Assembly: GCA_020852715.1 (NCBI GenBank)
Contig: JADZAE010000034.1
Location: 192,965-256,964, forward strand
Origin: Deltaproteobacteria bacterium
GTDB lineage: Bacteria > Bdellovibrionota_C > UBA2361 > SZUA-149 > JADZAE01
Direction of reading: 5' to 3'
Length of the DNA: 64,000 nt
Each line of letters begins with the position of its first letter. Position 1 is the stretch's first letter. Positions 10,555 through 20,930 of the stretch are shown here, in pieces. The position numbers and the translations under genes were made by a program. The notes beneath the pieces were generated by a model. That model did not search any database. It saw only the letters and a program-made list of their open reading frames with translations, and was not told the DNA's origin.

Positions 10555-11576
10555 TGCAAAGGATCAGTGTTATGATTAACAAAAGTTCAGTCTTAATCTA
10601 CGCTCTTCTTTCCTGTCTTTGTTTAACACTGCCGGTGTCGGCAGAAAACGCTAAGAAAGTTTGCGCTTATGTGGATAAGAATAATCGCCAGCATATCGTT
10701 GCTTCGGTAAATCAAGCGCCGCACCGATATCGTGCTGTCACCCGCTGTCTGAGCACCGATTTTGCTGGGCAAATGACTTCTTCGGATAAAATTGAGCTTA
10801 AAGGCAATGTCCGTTCTGAAGATCTTTCTTCGCCAATAGGAGACATCTCTCTGCGCTGGCCAAGAAAAGTAGAGGCGTTGTTTGGCCGCACGCCGGTTAA
10901 AGCAACTAACGATGCTGCTAGTACTATCAAACGTACAATAATGAATTCGCCCTTTTCGCAATTACTGCGAAACTTTAAGGCAGACTGGAAAATAGTTTTT
11001 CTTGACGAAAGCAGCTCGGAGGTAATGATACCCGGCTCAATCAGTGGCTGCACTCCGGGCTGGATGACACCGCCTGCTAATATCTACGTCGTCGCTCAAC
11101 GCATAGTGTCAGGATGTTCCGGCTTGCGCCCGGAGAAAACTTCTATCGCCGATGAACAATTGGCTAGGTTAATAATTCATGAAATGGCCCACGGTGTTGA
11201 ATATGCCATACTCGGCTCTTGGAGTGACAATGATAGATCCAGGGCCGAGGGCTTTGCGACGTGGTTCACCGAGGTAGCTGCCAAACAAAACTCATTGATT
11301 GACGATAAGTCCATTGCAAATGAGCATAAATTGCTAGCTAAAGTTTCAGCCCAAGAAAGCCCCGATAAATTTTATTTTGATGGATCCGCTGGCGCCTATG
11401 CTCGATCAGCAATGCGCTTCCGCTTATTAGAAAAGAAATATGGTATCCAAGGAGTGGTTGATGTTTATGAGGTAATGAAAAAAGATAATATTTCTTGGGG
11501 TCAGGCCGTAGAAAAGCGCTTTGGTTTGAAAGAAGAAAAGCTACTACAGGAAACAAATAAACTTCTACAGAAATAA
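10554..11576 (+). CDS. Secreted protein with HEXXH zinc-metallopeptidase-like motif
   Basis: Signal peptide (SVLIYALLSCLCLTLPVSA). IIHEMAHGVEY contains HEXXH. No further family assignment possible by eye. Confidence 0.45.
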   Translation: MQRISVMINKSSVLIYALLSCLCLTLPVSAENAKKVCAYVDKNNRQHIVASVNQAPHRYRAVTRCLSTDFAGQMTSSDKIELKGNVRSEDLSSPIGDISLRWPRKVEALFGRTPVKATNDAASTIKRTIMNSPFSQLLRNFKADWKIVFLDESSSEVMIPGSISGCTPGWMTPPANIYVVAQRIVSGCSGLRPEKTSIADEQLARLIIHEMAHGVEYAILGSWSDNDRSRAEGFATWFTEVAAKQNSLIDDKSIANEHKLLAKVSAQESPDKFYFDGSAGAYARSAMRFRLLEKKYGIQGVVDVYEVMKKDNISWGQAVEKRFGLKEEKLLQETNKLLQK

Positions 11577-11586
11577 TCGATAGCGC

Positions 11587-12243
11587 TCACTCCACTGTTT
11601 GGATAAAACGATTGTAAACAGTCTCAAAGGTCAGTTTCACATCAGCTTTATTTACATACAAAATGAGTTCGTTGGCCGTGGATGCGATTTCAATAATATT
11701 GATATTCTGGAAATAAAGCTGTTGAAACATAAGAAAAAATAAACCCGGGGTATCCAAATAATTTTGCTTTAGCGTAATCCCAATTGATCCAAGATTTGGG
11801 TGCACCGAAACTGGTTTTTCTGTAGCCAAAGCTTTAGCCGCCTTATATTCGGCAGCATCCAAAATTACGGTTATTTCATGAATGCCCTGCGACACAGTAA
11901 AATAACCGCCACTTTTAGCAACGCGTCCATGAAGCGTATTAATAATTTGTCGTACTTCTTTGGTATTCGGCCAAGTAACAGCCAGCAAATCAGAATGCAC
12001 CGTCATGTTGCTAATAGCAAATTCCAAATCGGCAAAATTGTCATGGCCCTTAAAATCACTTTGTAAACGAGAAAGGCCCATAACGATAGCACTGGTTTGC
12101 ACAGTTTTCTCCGTGCGCGCCTTAATCATCGGCAGGATAAAGCGCCCTAGCTGCGAAAGATTTAGCAAACGCTGATGCATACCCATCTGTAAAAGGGTAT
12201 TGTTCTCGACAATGTCTTTAATCGCTTCTGATAATTTCTGCAT
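11587..12243 (-). CDS. Hypothetical protein
   Basis: 218 aa ORF. Ends 10 nt from the convergent upstream gene. No motif recognised. Confidence 0.4.
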   Translation of the reverse strand: MQKLSEAIKDIVENNTLLQMGMHQRLLNLSQLGRFILPMIKARTEKTVQTSAIVMGLSRLQSDFKGHDNFADLEFAISNMTVHSDLLAVTWPNTKEVRQIINTLHGRVAKSGGYFTVSQGIHEITVILDAAEYKAAKALATEKPVSVHPNLGSIGITLKQNYLDTPGLFFLMFQQLYFQNINIIEIASTANELILYVNKADVKLTFETVYNRFIQTVE

Positions 12244-12354
12244 ATGGCCACCATTGTAACTCTGGGTCTTATACCACTCCCAGGAAGTAAATTAACTTTT
12301 AAGCTGAAAAGCATAACCCTAAAAACGGCAGTAACCGTTTTATTAAACCTAAAA

Positions 12355-12425
12355 AACTCAGTCAATCTCTTTAGGTAGCCCCCCAGTAAAGCGCCGCTCG
12401 ACCTACTTCTTGTGTACGGTCTAAT
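12355..12425. repeat. Solo variant end of the dispersed IS50-like repeat family
   Basis: gacctacttcttgtgtacggtctaataagctctgc is related to the reverse-orientation terminal repeats at 33995-34022 and 7490-7520. A hairpin aaacggcagtaaccgttt lies nearby. Confidence 0.4.
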
Positions 12426-12551
12426 AAGCTCTGCTCTCTAATTGTTCATTATCTAAGGCTAGACATAATTGCAACTTTGTTGTCTATATGTTTTCGCCTA
12501 GGCAAAGATTGCAGATAACCTTTATGGCTTTTCTTAGATAAACCGAACGTC

Positions 12552-13301
12552 ATGCTAAAATCGATCAGTACAAGCATTACCCTTGCTCAAAGCGATTTTA
12601 AGCTTAGAAACGAAAATAGTGTTTTAGGAATTTTTTGGTATCTACTCGATCCGATTTTGATGTTTGCTCTGCTTTACCTGGTATTTAATGATCGTATTGG
12701 GCAGAATATTCATTGTTATCCGCTACAGCTAATTATTGGTATTGTATTTTTCAATTTCTTTCAGAAAGCGACAAGCGATGCGACAGGTGCTATCGTAAAC
12801 AATGGGCAATTGCTACATACTTTTCCTTTTCCTCCTGCCGTCCTAGTCTTAAGTATTATCGTAAAACATCTGATTGGTCATGCTATCGAATGGGTATTGT
12901 GTTTGCTTATCTTTGCCTATTATGGATGGCTATCCTGTTATCTTTTTTATTACCCTTTGCTTATATGCGCTTTTCTTGTTTTTATTTTAGGTCTCTCATT
13001 CACTTTGGCTGCTCTTAGCGTTTATATTTCTGATATTATCTATCTCTACAGTTTCTTTTTGCGCTTACTCTGGCTAGCTACCCCGATATTTTATTCGATT
13101 GATGGCCAGTCCCGCCTATATTTACTAAACCTTTTTAATCCTATTTATTACTATATCACTGCCGGCCGCGAATTGTTTGTCTACCAGCATAGCCCATCGA
13201 TCTTGATTATCGGCGGAGCTATCTTTTACGCCATCCTTTCGCTGTGTGTCGGGGTGTGTATTTTCAATAAATTGCAGCTTAGATTTGCTGAGAGGTTATA
13301 A
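12552..13301 (+). CDS. ABC-2 type polysaccharide/teichoic-acid exporter permease (Wzm/TagG-like)
   Basis: 249 aa with six hydrophobic segments. Immediately followed by a Wzt/TagH-like ATPase. Confidence 0.7.
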   Translation: MLKSISTSITLAQSDFKLRNENSVLGIFWYLLDPILMFALLYLVFNDRIGQNIHCYPLQLIIGIVFFNFFQKATSDATGAIVNNGQLLHTFPFPPAVLVLSIIVKHLIGHAIEWVLCLLIFAYYGWLSCYLFYYPLLICAFLVFILGLSFTLAALSVYISDIIYLYSFFLRLLWLATPIFYSIDGQSRLYLLNLFNPIYYYITAGRELFVYQHSPSILIIGGAIFYAILSLCVGVCIFNKLQLRFAERL

Positions 13302-13304
13302 GCT

Positions 13305-14066
13305 TTGCAATTAATACTTGAAAATATTAACAAGGATTTTCAACCACAGTTTTCGCGCCAGTCAGCACTAGCCGCCCTGCTGAAATTATTTAAAACCAAC
13401 ACCAATGGCAGCAATATCCGAGCACTTGCCGATATCAATTTGTCAGTTCGTTCGGGGGAGATAATCGGCATTATTGGCCAAAATGGTGCCGGCAAAACCA
13501 CGCTTTTAAAAACCATTGCGGGTATTTATCACCACGACAGCGGCAGTATTAAGATACGCGGTAAATGTTTATATATTAGCGGATTAGGCAACGGCTTAAA
13601 GCCACGTCTCTCTGTGGCTGAGAATATTAACCTCCTCTGCTGTTTGTTGGGACTAAGCAAAACGCAAATCAAAGAGCAATTTGCGCCGATTGTTTATTTT
13701 GCTGAGCTTCAAAATCAAATTGACACCAAGGTTTACACTCTTTCGCAGGGCACAATTGCTCGTTTACTATTTTCTATTATGATTTCTTGTGTCGAGCAGG
13801 CTAACTCCGATATTTTACTGGTCGATGAAGTTTTTGGCGGCACAACCGATATGAGCTTTACCCAAAAAGCGGAAAGTAGAATGCTAGCATTAATCAAATC
13901 CGGGTGTTCGATATTACTAGCAACACATTCGCTGCATATAGTTCAACATATATGTTCGCGGGCAATATTAATGGAAAAAGGCCGAATAATTAAGGACGGA
14001 CTACCGGACAACATCCTTACTAACTATGAACAGTTAGTTGACGTTAAGAACAAATGTGGCCTTTAG
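13305..14066 (+). CDS. ABC transporter ATP-binding protein (Wzt/TagH-like)
   Basis: Walker A GQNGAGKTTLLKTIAG, degenerate signature LSQG, Walker B ILLVDEVFGG. Confidence 0.8.
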   Translation: MQLILENINKDFQPQFSRQSALAALLKLFKTNTNGSNIRALADINLSVRSGEIIGIIGQNGAGKTTLLKTIAGIYHHDSGSIKIRGKCLYISGLGNGLKPRLSVAENINLLCCLLGLSKTQIKEQFAPIVYFAELQNQIDTKVYTLSQGTIARLLFSIMISCVEQANSDILLVDEVFGGTTDMSFTQKAESRMLALIKSGCSILLATHSLHIVQHICSRAILMEKGRIIKDGLPDNILTNYEQLVDVKNKCGL

Positions 14067-14067
14067 C

Positions 14068-14445
14068 TTAGAGTTTACGACCAAAGCGCGAGACCTTAAG
14101 CTGCGTCAGGCGACCATAGGCTTCTTTGATCTCTATAAATTTTCTCACATTTTCCTTATCTTGGTCTTCAAATCCGCGCGGATAATTTTGCTTAACCAAA
14201 TTTCGATATGCGGTTTTAATATCTTCTTCTGTGGCGCCATCATCTAAAGAGAATATTTCCAGCAATCGGGTCAACTCGTCCTTACGTTCAATGGGCTTAT
14301 TATAGCCAACCGGCCTATTTTTTTCCTGATTCTTCTTAAACTCCAACCAAAGATAAACGGAGACTATACAAAGGGTACAGAAAAACACCCCACCAACAAT
14401 TATTAAAATTATCAGGTTAAATGTTCTTGAAAACATATCTATCAT
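14068..14445 (-). CDS. Small membrane-anchored protein with a degenerate J-like domain
   Basis: N-terminal TM helix. C-terminal region resembles a J domain (DIKTAYRNLVKQNYPRG...IKEAYGRL) but the HPD tripeptide is replaced by YPR. Confidence 0.35.
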   Translation of the reverse strand: MIDMFSRTFNLIILIIVGGVFFCTLCIVSVYLWLEFKKNQEKNRPVGYNKPIERKDELTRLLEIFSLDDGATEEDIKTAYRNLVKQNYPRGFEDQDKENVRKFIEIKEAYGRLTQLKVSRFGRKL

Positions 14446-15452
14446 TCCCCTTGTTTAGCTACGATCGCGTACACCGGAATGGAAATTCCCTCTGTCTCTT
14501 CGCCTTCCAAACGAACAGCAACATGTGCACGAACATTGCCCGAGGCTGAGGATTTGAGTGCGATACGCAATATTGCTACCGAACCTTCTGTTTTAACTAG
14601 ATCCGCAACAACAAGCTCATTGCTGGAATTAACAGAAATATTTTCGGCGTTAATTTCCTTTTTAAAATCAACTTTTACTGTTTCGCCAACAGAAGCCAGA
14701 GATTCTGGCTTTATTAGCCCCAAAGAAACCTCCGCCGGAGTGATTTCATAAGCAGATTTAATCATTGCTAGCAAAGGGATACTAAAAGCACGCACCCCTT
14801 TCCCCTGAATATCTACTGCGGCTTTAATATTCACCCTTAAAGGGCCAACTGGGAATGGTGGAATAAGAGTTGCCGTTAATTCTATCTGCTTACCTTGTGC
14901 AGCAGTAATCTCTACCTTTACCCGTTCATTATCGACCAAAGCCTCCTTACAGATCATATTCAGGCCTTCGTTGCTAATAATGGCCACTTTCTGACTTAAC
15001 CCTTGTTGCTTGGTTTCCACTTCACTAAAATAAATACGATTCGGGGTGATTGTATAGTCACTAAGAACCGTTCCCTCTAATCTTAGAAAAAAATATGGCA
15101 CTTGCGCATTATCCAAATAAACCCTGATAACCTTAGACTTAAACCCGGAAAAACCGGCAGTATTGAAAGTAACTTCAATCTCAGTTTCCTCGCCTTTTGC
15201 TATGAGCTTTTCACCGGCTAGAGTAGAAATACAACCGCAATCCGGACGAACATCAATAATTTTTATTTCTTTGTCCGATATATTTTTGAGGAGAAAGTTT
15301 TTCTTGACCCTCTTCCCGGATTCAATTGTACCGAAATTATACACCGGCTCTTCAATTTGCAGTATGCTGGCTAACTTATCTTCCGCCGCCACAGGAGAAA
15401 CAAAGCCCACTGTCAGTAAAAAAAATATCACTAGCAATAAATACCGATGCAT
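14442..15452 (-). CDS. Secreted protein, DUF1573-like (conserved PDCGC motif)
   Basis: Signal peptide. VRPDCGCIST motif recalled as typical of DUF1573. Overlaps the downstream ORF by 4 nt. Confidence 0.45.
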   Translation of the reverse strand: MHRYLLLVIFFLLTVGFVSPVAAEDKLASILQIEEPVYNFGTIESGKRVKKNFLLKNISDKEIKIIDVRPDCGCISTLAGEKLIAKGEETEIEVTFNTAGFSGFKSKVIRVYLDNAQVPYFFLRLEGTVLSDYTITPNRIYFSEVETKQQGLSQKVAIISNEGLNMICKEALVDNERVKVEITAAQGKQIELTATLIPPFPVGPLRVNIKAAVDIQGKGVRAFSIPLLAMIKSAYEITPAEVSLGLIKPESLASVGETVKVDFKKEINAENISVNSSNELVVADLVKTEGSVAILRIALKSSASGNVRAHVAVRLEGEETEGISIPVYAIVAKQGE

Positions 15453-15467
15453 AAATTTCGCCCAAAG

Positions 15468-16823
15468 TTAGAGTTTTATTTGCTCAATAAACTTCGTAAA
15501 GACCTTACCTGCTTGGAAATCAGGATGAGAGAGAACAGCTCGGTGCAAATCAACGTTAGTCTTGATGCCACCAATAATAAATTCATCAAGCGCAACCAAT
15601 AAACGATTAATTGCTTCTTCTCTTGTTTTGCCGCTGCAAACAATCTTAGCCACTAGTGAATCATAGTAAGGCGGCACTACGTAACCGTCATAAATAGCTG
15701 AATCAACCCGCACCCCCGGACCACCGGGAGGATGAAAGCCGACAACTCTACCCGGGCAAGGGGCCAGCGTTCGGGGATCTTCAGCATTGATACGCGCCTC
15801 AATAGCATGTCCGATAGGCTTAACCATATCTTGTGAGTAAGACAGCTCCTCGCCGGCAGCCAACTGAATTTGCTCTTTAACTAAATCCAAGCGACTGACA
15901 ACTTCGGTGATCGGATGCTCAACCTGCAGACGCGTGTTTATCTCCATAAAGTAAAATTGCTCGGTCTGCGGATCATAAAGAAACTCTATTGTACCTAAGC
16001 TGTTATATTTAAGTGCTCGGCATAAACGCACAGCACATTCATGGAGCTTGCTGCGCACTTGATCACTCAAGCAAGGCCCGGGAGTTTCCTCAATGAGTTT
16101 TTGATAACGCCGCTGAATAGAACAGTCACGCTCTCCCAAATGAATGACATTGCCATAAGCATCCCCTGCAATTTGCACTTCTACATGACGAGCGACCGGA
16201 ATATATTTCTCGAGATAAACATTAGGATCTTTGAAGGCAACTTCCACTTCGTGCTTTGCTTGGTTAAACAAACGAACAAATTCATCAGGAGAATTGACGA
16301 TTTTCATTCCACGTCCGCCACCACCGGCGGTCGCCTTAATAAGCACAGGAAAACCAATACGCTCAGCATCTTCCAGAGCTTTTTTCTCATCTGTACCCGC
16401 CGATTCACTGCCCGGAGTAATAGGCACATCATACTTTTGTGCCATTTTGCGCGCTGTTGCCTTATCCCCCATCTGCATCATGTTGCGCACGGTTGGCCCA
16501 ATAAAAACAATATTACACTTGTTGCAGATTTCAGCAAAACGGGCATTTTCGCTTAAAAATCCGTAACCCGGATGAATAGCTTCACAGCCAGTGGCTGTAG
16601 CCGCGGAAATAATGGCATTGATATTCAAGTATGATTCCGCTGAGACTGCCGGTCCAATACAAACACTTTCTTTGGCTAACTTAACATGCAAAGCATCGGC
16701 ATCAGCAGTAGAGTGGACAGCAACTGTTTTTATCCCCAGCTGATGACAGGCGCGAATAATTCTTAAGGCAACTTCTCCTCGATTAGCTACGAGGACTTTC
16801 TTAAAAGGTGGCTTTTTCATCAA
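15468..16823 (-). CDS. accC: Acetyl-CoA carboxylase, biotin carboxylase subunit
   Basis: N-terminal KVLVANRGEVALRIIRAC, an ATP-grasp region and C-terminal biotin carboxylase motifs. 451 aa. Confidence 0.9.
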   Translation of the reverse strand: MMKKPPFKKVLVANRGEVALRIIRACHQLGIKTVAVHSTADADALHVKLAKESVCIGPAVSAESYLNINAIISAATATGCEAIHPGYGFLSENARFAEICNKCNIVFIGPTVRNMMQMGDKATARKMAQKYDVPITPGSESAGTDEKKALEDAERIGFPVLIKATAGGGGRGMKIVNSPDEFVRLFNQAKHEVEVAFKDPNVYLEKYIPVARHVEVQIAGDAYGNVIHLGERDCSIQRRYQKLIEETPGPCLSDQVRSKLHECAVRLCRALKYNSLGTIEFLYDPQTEQFYFMEINTRLQVEHPITEVVSRLDLVKEQIQLAAGEELSYSQDMVKPIGHAIEARINAEDPRTLAPCPGRVVGFHPPGGPGVRVDSAIYDGYVVPPYYDSLVAKIVCSGKTREEAINRLLVALDEFIIGGIKTNVDLHRAVLSHPDFQAGKVFTKFIEQIKL

Positions 16824-16835
16824 CTAATTCACCCA

Positions 16836-17411
16836 CTATGCGGCTTTTTCAATTCTAACTAGCACTTCACCATATTCAGCCATCTGACCATCCTCAACGT
16901 AAATCTCAGCGACACGGCCGGAGACATCCGCCTCAATTTCGTTCATAATCTTCATCGCTTCAATAATACAAAGGACATCGCCTTTTTTCACTAAATCACC
17001 AACCTGAACATAAGGATCAGCATCAACCGCCGGGCGACTATAAAAAGTGCCGACCATTGGAGAAATGATCTCGTGGTAATTTACTGTCGGCTTGCTCGCC
17101 GGAATCTCTACTACCTCTTCGCGCTGCTCAACTTTGCCCGGAGCTACCTCTCTCAGCACATCTCTCGCTTGTTCAACCGGAGCCACCACCTGTTGGCCGA
17201 TCAGCGGCGCAACTGCCGTTGGCAGCGGCGCACTAGCAACAACATTTACTTCCGGGGTGCGTTTTAACCATAATTTATCATTGCCACGTTCTAAGCAAAA
17301 TTCATAAACATCATTAGCGCGCAACATTTCCATGATAGTAGAAACGTCAGCAATACTAAAACTCATTTCAGCGCTAGAACATTCACAGGATTTTTCTTTC
17401 TTTTTTGCCAT
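16836..17411 (-). CDS. accB: Acetyl-CoA carboxylase biotin carboxyl carrier protein
   Basis: Biotinyl-lysine motif EAMKIMNEIEA. A Pro/Ala-rich linker. Located immediately upstream of accC. Confidence 0.85.
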   Translation of the reverse strand: MAKKKEKSCECSSAEMSFSIADVSTIMEMLRANDVYEFCLERGNDKLWLKRTPEVNVVASAPLPTAVAPLIGQQVVAPVEQARDVLREVAPGKVEQREEVVEIPASKPTVNYHEIISPMVGTFYSRPAVDADPYVQVGDLVKKGDVLCIIEAMKIMNEIEADVSGRVAEIYVEDGQMAEYGEVLVRIEKAA

Positions 17412-17433
17412 AACTTATCCGTTTATCTCGGTT

Positions 17434-17988
17434 TTATACACGCTCGATATACTCGCCACTGCGGGTATCGATCTTTACCATTTCTCCTTCATTAACAAAC
17501 AGGGGCACTTGCACTTTGGCTCCTGTTTCTAAAGTCGCCGGCTTGGTGGCACCAGTAACCGTGTCCCCCTTAACCCCCGGCTCACAATAGGTAATTTTTA
17601 GATTTACAAAAGATGGCAAATCAATATTTAAAACCTCACCACTCATCATCAAGATCTTAACCATCATATTTTCGGTAAGATAATATTTACTGTCTCCAAT
17701 CACCTTCTCGGAAAGGGAAATCTGCTCATAACTTTGAGTATCCATAAAATGATAGTCGCCATCACAATAAAGAAACTGCATCTCAACATCTGAAATATCA
17801 GGCTTATCAACTTTTTCACCTGACCTAAATGTCCGCTCAATAACACTGCCATCACGTAAGTTCCTGATTTTAGTGCGCACGAAAGCGCCACCCTTGCCCG
17901 GCTTTACATGTTGAAAATAGGTAATTGCGTAAGGCTTACCATCAAGCAGAATCTTTAATCCGTTTTTAAAATCATTAGTTGAATACAT
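17434..17988 (-). CDS. efp: Elongation factor P
   Basis: N-terminal FKNGLKILLDGKPYAI...VKPGKGGAFVRTKIRNL matches the KOW domain of EF-P. 184 aa. Confidence 0.9.
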   Translation of the reverse strand: MYSTNDFKNGLKILLDGKPYAITYFQHVKPGKGGAFVRTKIRNLRDGSVIERTFRSGEKVDKPDISDVEMQFLYCDGDYHFMDTQSYEQISLSEKVIGDSKYYLTENMMVKILMMSGEVLNIDLPSFVNLKITYCEPGVKGDTVTGATKPATLETGAKVQVPLFVNEGEMVKIDTRSGEYIERV

Positions 17989-18165
17989 AACTACTTCCTA
18001 ATTAACAGCTCAATATCTCTAAAATTTATGCATAAATAATCTGTGGGGGTTCTTAACAAAATTTGCTTAAGGAATAAAGGCAGGAATAGTATTAAAATAC
18101 CGCTATATATTCAGTGGGTTACAAAGGATTAGGTGCATAAGTTAATGAGTGACCGGAAAGACTGC

Positions 18166-20922
18166 TTAACGAGGTTTCCCTTTCTTGCTCTGCGCATCCA
18201 TAGCCCTTCTTTGTTGTCTGTTCCCCCCTTGTGCGGGCGCCGGCTTGGCGCTTTTTGCCACGATCACATCCTCATGGACGCTTTTTGCGGTTTCTGCTTG
18301 TTTTTTGCGGCGAAGAAATTCCTCTTCTTCGCGCTTTTTAATCTCCTCTTCGCTCAATAATTCGGCATTAAAAACATTAGCCAGCACAACAGAACTAACC
18401 GTAGACATCATATTAGTAAACAGCTCAAATGACTCTTTCTGGTATTCATGAAGCGGATTTTTCTGTCCATAAGCACGCATCGAAATACCTTCACTTAAAT
18501 GCTCCATGTTAGTTAAGTGTTCTTTCCAGTAATAATCTATGCCTTGCAAATGAACAAACCGCGAGAGCTTTTCCAGCATTTCAGCGCCAAATTTGGCTTT
18601 GCGCGCCTCATAAGCGCGTAAGGCTTCATCACTTAAATGATCAAATAAGTTTTGCGCCAGAGTCTTAGCCGATTCTTTTCCTGACGTCGAAGGTAGCTTT
18701 TCAGCAGCTAAAGACAAGCCGAAAAGCTTATTATACTCAGTGAATATTGCGGAAACATCCCAGCTCTCAGTCGGCTCATTTTCGCTAACCCGACTTAAAA
18801 TCATATTTTCCACAACATCAGAAACCATAGTCAAAATATGCTCTTCTATCTCCTCGCTGCGCAGAATGGCATTTCTTAGCGTATAAACAACTTCTCTCTG
18901 CCTATTTAATACATCATCGTATTCTAAAAGGTGTTTACGTATATCAAAGTGATACCCCTCAACTTTCTTCTGCGCATTTTCAATGGCATGGGCAACTATC
19001 GGGCTGGACACGGCATCTTCGTCAGTCATGCCGACACGCGACATAATCGCTTGCAAACGGTCTCCGCCAAAGCGTTTCATCAGATCATCTTCCAATGAAA
19101 CATAAAACTGCGAGCTACCCGGATCGCCTTGACGTCCCGAACGACCGCGCAGCTGATTATCAATACGCCTGCTCTCATGGCGCTCTGTCCCCATAACATG
19201 CAAACCGCCTGCCGCAACTACACGCTTACGCTCTTCCTCGCATTGTTGTTTATAGTAGCTGATGCGCTCTTTATATTTTTCGGCATTAAATTCAGTATCT
19301 AGCGGGTCACAGATTACCCCTTCCGCAGCAGTCATGAAGTCCGAATTACCACCAAGTAAAATATCAGTTCCACGGCCCGCCATGTTAGTAGAGATAGTCA
19401 CGGCATTAAAACGTCCTGCTTGGGCGATAATCTCCGCCTCGCGTTCGTGATGTTTAGCATTGAGCACATGATGCTTAATCCCGCGCTTCTGTAGCAATGC
19501 ACTGATTAACTCCGAAGCCTCAATACTTGTGGTGCCCACCAAAATCGGCTGGCCTTTCTCATGAAGCTCTTCAATTTCATCACAAGCGGCTTTATACTTA
19601 GCCCGTTGTGATACAAAAATCACGTCGGGATAGTTAGTGCGCACCATCGGCATATTAGTTGGCACAACTACGACATCAAGATTATAAATTTTCTTAAACT
19701 CGACAGCTTCGGTATCAGCCGTTCCGGTCATGCCACCAAGCTTCTTGTACATACGAAAATAGTTCTGAAAAGTGATCTTTCCCAGGGTCTCGCTTTCTCT
19801 GGCAATAGGCACGCTCTCTTTAGCTTCTACCGCTTGATGCAAACCATCTGACCAGCGCCGACCTTCCATTTGTCGGCCGGTAAACTCGTCAACAATCACT
19901 ACCTGCTGATCGCGCACGATGTAATCAACATCACGCTTCATCGTAATATGAGCTTTCAAGGCCTGTGTAACGTGATGCACAAGCTCAATGTTTTCCGGCG
20001 CATAAAGATTATTCAGCTTCATCATCTGTTCAATGGCGTGCACCCCGGCATCATTGAGCATTACTTGCTTGCCCTTCAAATCAACAAAAAATAATTCGCC
20101 GGTTTTATTGGCATCTTTACTATCCTGTGCCAGAGTAAGGCCTTGTTTCTCTAACCCGCGAATCACAAGATTGTTATCTTCGATGATGCGCTTAACGATT
20201 TTATCAGCCACACCGTATGTTTCTGTGGGGTTAGCACTAGGGCCGGAAATAATCAGTGGCGTGCGTGCTTCATCAATTAAGATCGAATCTACTTCATCGA
20301 CAATGGCGAAATTGTGACCACGCTGAGCCATCTCGGCAAGTTCCGGCTTCATATTGTCACGCAGATAATCAAAACCAAACTCATTGTTTTGACCGTAGGT
20401 GATATCCGCGCCATAAGCAATGCGACGTTCCGCATCCTCCATAGAATTAACCACCACGCCAACAGTCATGTCTAGAGAACGATAGATTCGTCCCATCCAC
20501 TCTGCGTCACGGCGAGCTAAGTAATCGTTGACCGTTACTAAATGAGCACCTTTTCCGCTAAGGGCATTAAGATACAAAGGCAACGTGGCGCAGAGCGTTT
20601 TTCCTTCACCGGTTTTCATTTCAGCAATCTTGCCCTCATGAAGTACAATACCGCCGAGCAACTGCACATCAAAATGGCGCATTCCCAATACACGTCGGCT
20701 GGTTTCACGCACCACAGCAAAGGCTTCCGGTAGCAGAGCGTCCAATGACTCACCATTAGCTGCACGATTTTTAAAATCAGCAGTTTGCGCACGTAAGTCA
20801 TCCATTAACATCCCCTGGTATTTGGGCTCCAGGTTGTTAATCGTTTCGACAATTGGCCAAAGACGTCTTAACTCTCTTTCGTTTTTTGAACCGAAAATTT
20901 TAGTTAACAGTAACTTAAACAC
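18166..20922 (-). CDS. secA: Preprotein translocase ATPase SecA
   Basis: 918 aa. N-terminal LGMRHFDVQLLGGIVLHEGKIAEMKTGEGKT is the SecA DEAD motor. A C-terminal basic tail is present. Confidence 0.95.
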   Translation of the reverse strand: MFKLLLTKIFGSKNERELRRLWPIVETINNLEPKYQGMLMDDLRAQTADFKNRAANGESLDALLPEAFAVVRETSRRVLGMRHFDVQLLGGIVLHEGKIAEMKTGEGKTLCATLPLYLNALSGKGAHLVTVNDYLARRDAEWMGRIYRSLDMTVGVVVNSMEDAERRIAYGADITYGQNNEFGFDYLRDNMKPELAEMAQRGHNFAIVDEVDSILIDEARTPLIISGPSANPTETYGVADKIVKRIIEDNNLVIRGLEKQGLTLAQDSKDANKTGELFFVDLKGKQVMLNDAGVHAIEQMMKLNNLYAPENIELVHHVTQALKAHITMKRDVDYIVRDQQVVIVDEFTGRQMEGRRWSDGLHQAVEAKESVPIARESETLGKITFQNYFRMYKKLGGMTGTADTEAVEFKKIYNLDVVVVPTNMPMVRTNYPDVIFVSQRAKYKAACDEIEELHEKGQPILVGTTSIEASELISALLQKRGIKHHVLNAKHHEREAEIIAQAGRFNAVTISTNMAGRGTDILLGGNSDFMTAAEGVICDPLDTEFNAEKYKERISYYKQQCEEERKRVVAAGGLHVMGTERHESRRIDNQLRGRSGRQGDPGSSQFYVSLEDDLMKRFGGDRLQAIMSRVGMTDEDAVSSPIVAHAIENAQKKVEGYHFDIRKHLLEYDDVLNRQREVVYTLRNAILRSEEIEEHILTMVSDVVENMILSRVSENEPTESWDVSAIFTEYNKLFGLSLAAEKLPSTSGKESAKTLAQNLFDHLSDEALRAYEARKAKFGAEMLEKLSRFVHLQGIDYYWKEHLTNMEHLSEGISMRAYGQKNPLHEYQKESFELFTNMMSTVSSVVLANVFNAELLSEEEIKKREEEEFLRRKKQAETAKSVHEDVIVAKSAKPAPAQGGNRQQRRAMDAQSKKGKPR

Positions 20923-20930
20923 TACTTTTC

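Noticed and set aside
18185-20317. Several plus-strand ORFs (60-94 aa) inside secA
   Set aside because: They are antisense to a highly conserved essential gene and have low-complexity Ser/Ala/Leu composition. Typical shadow ORFs.
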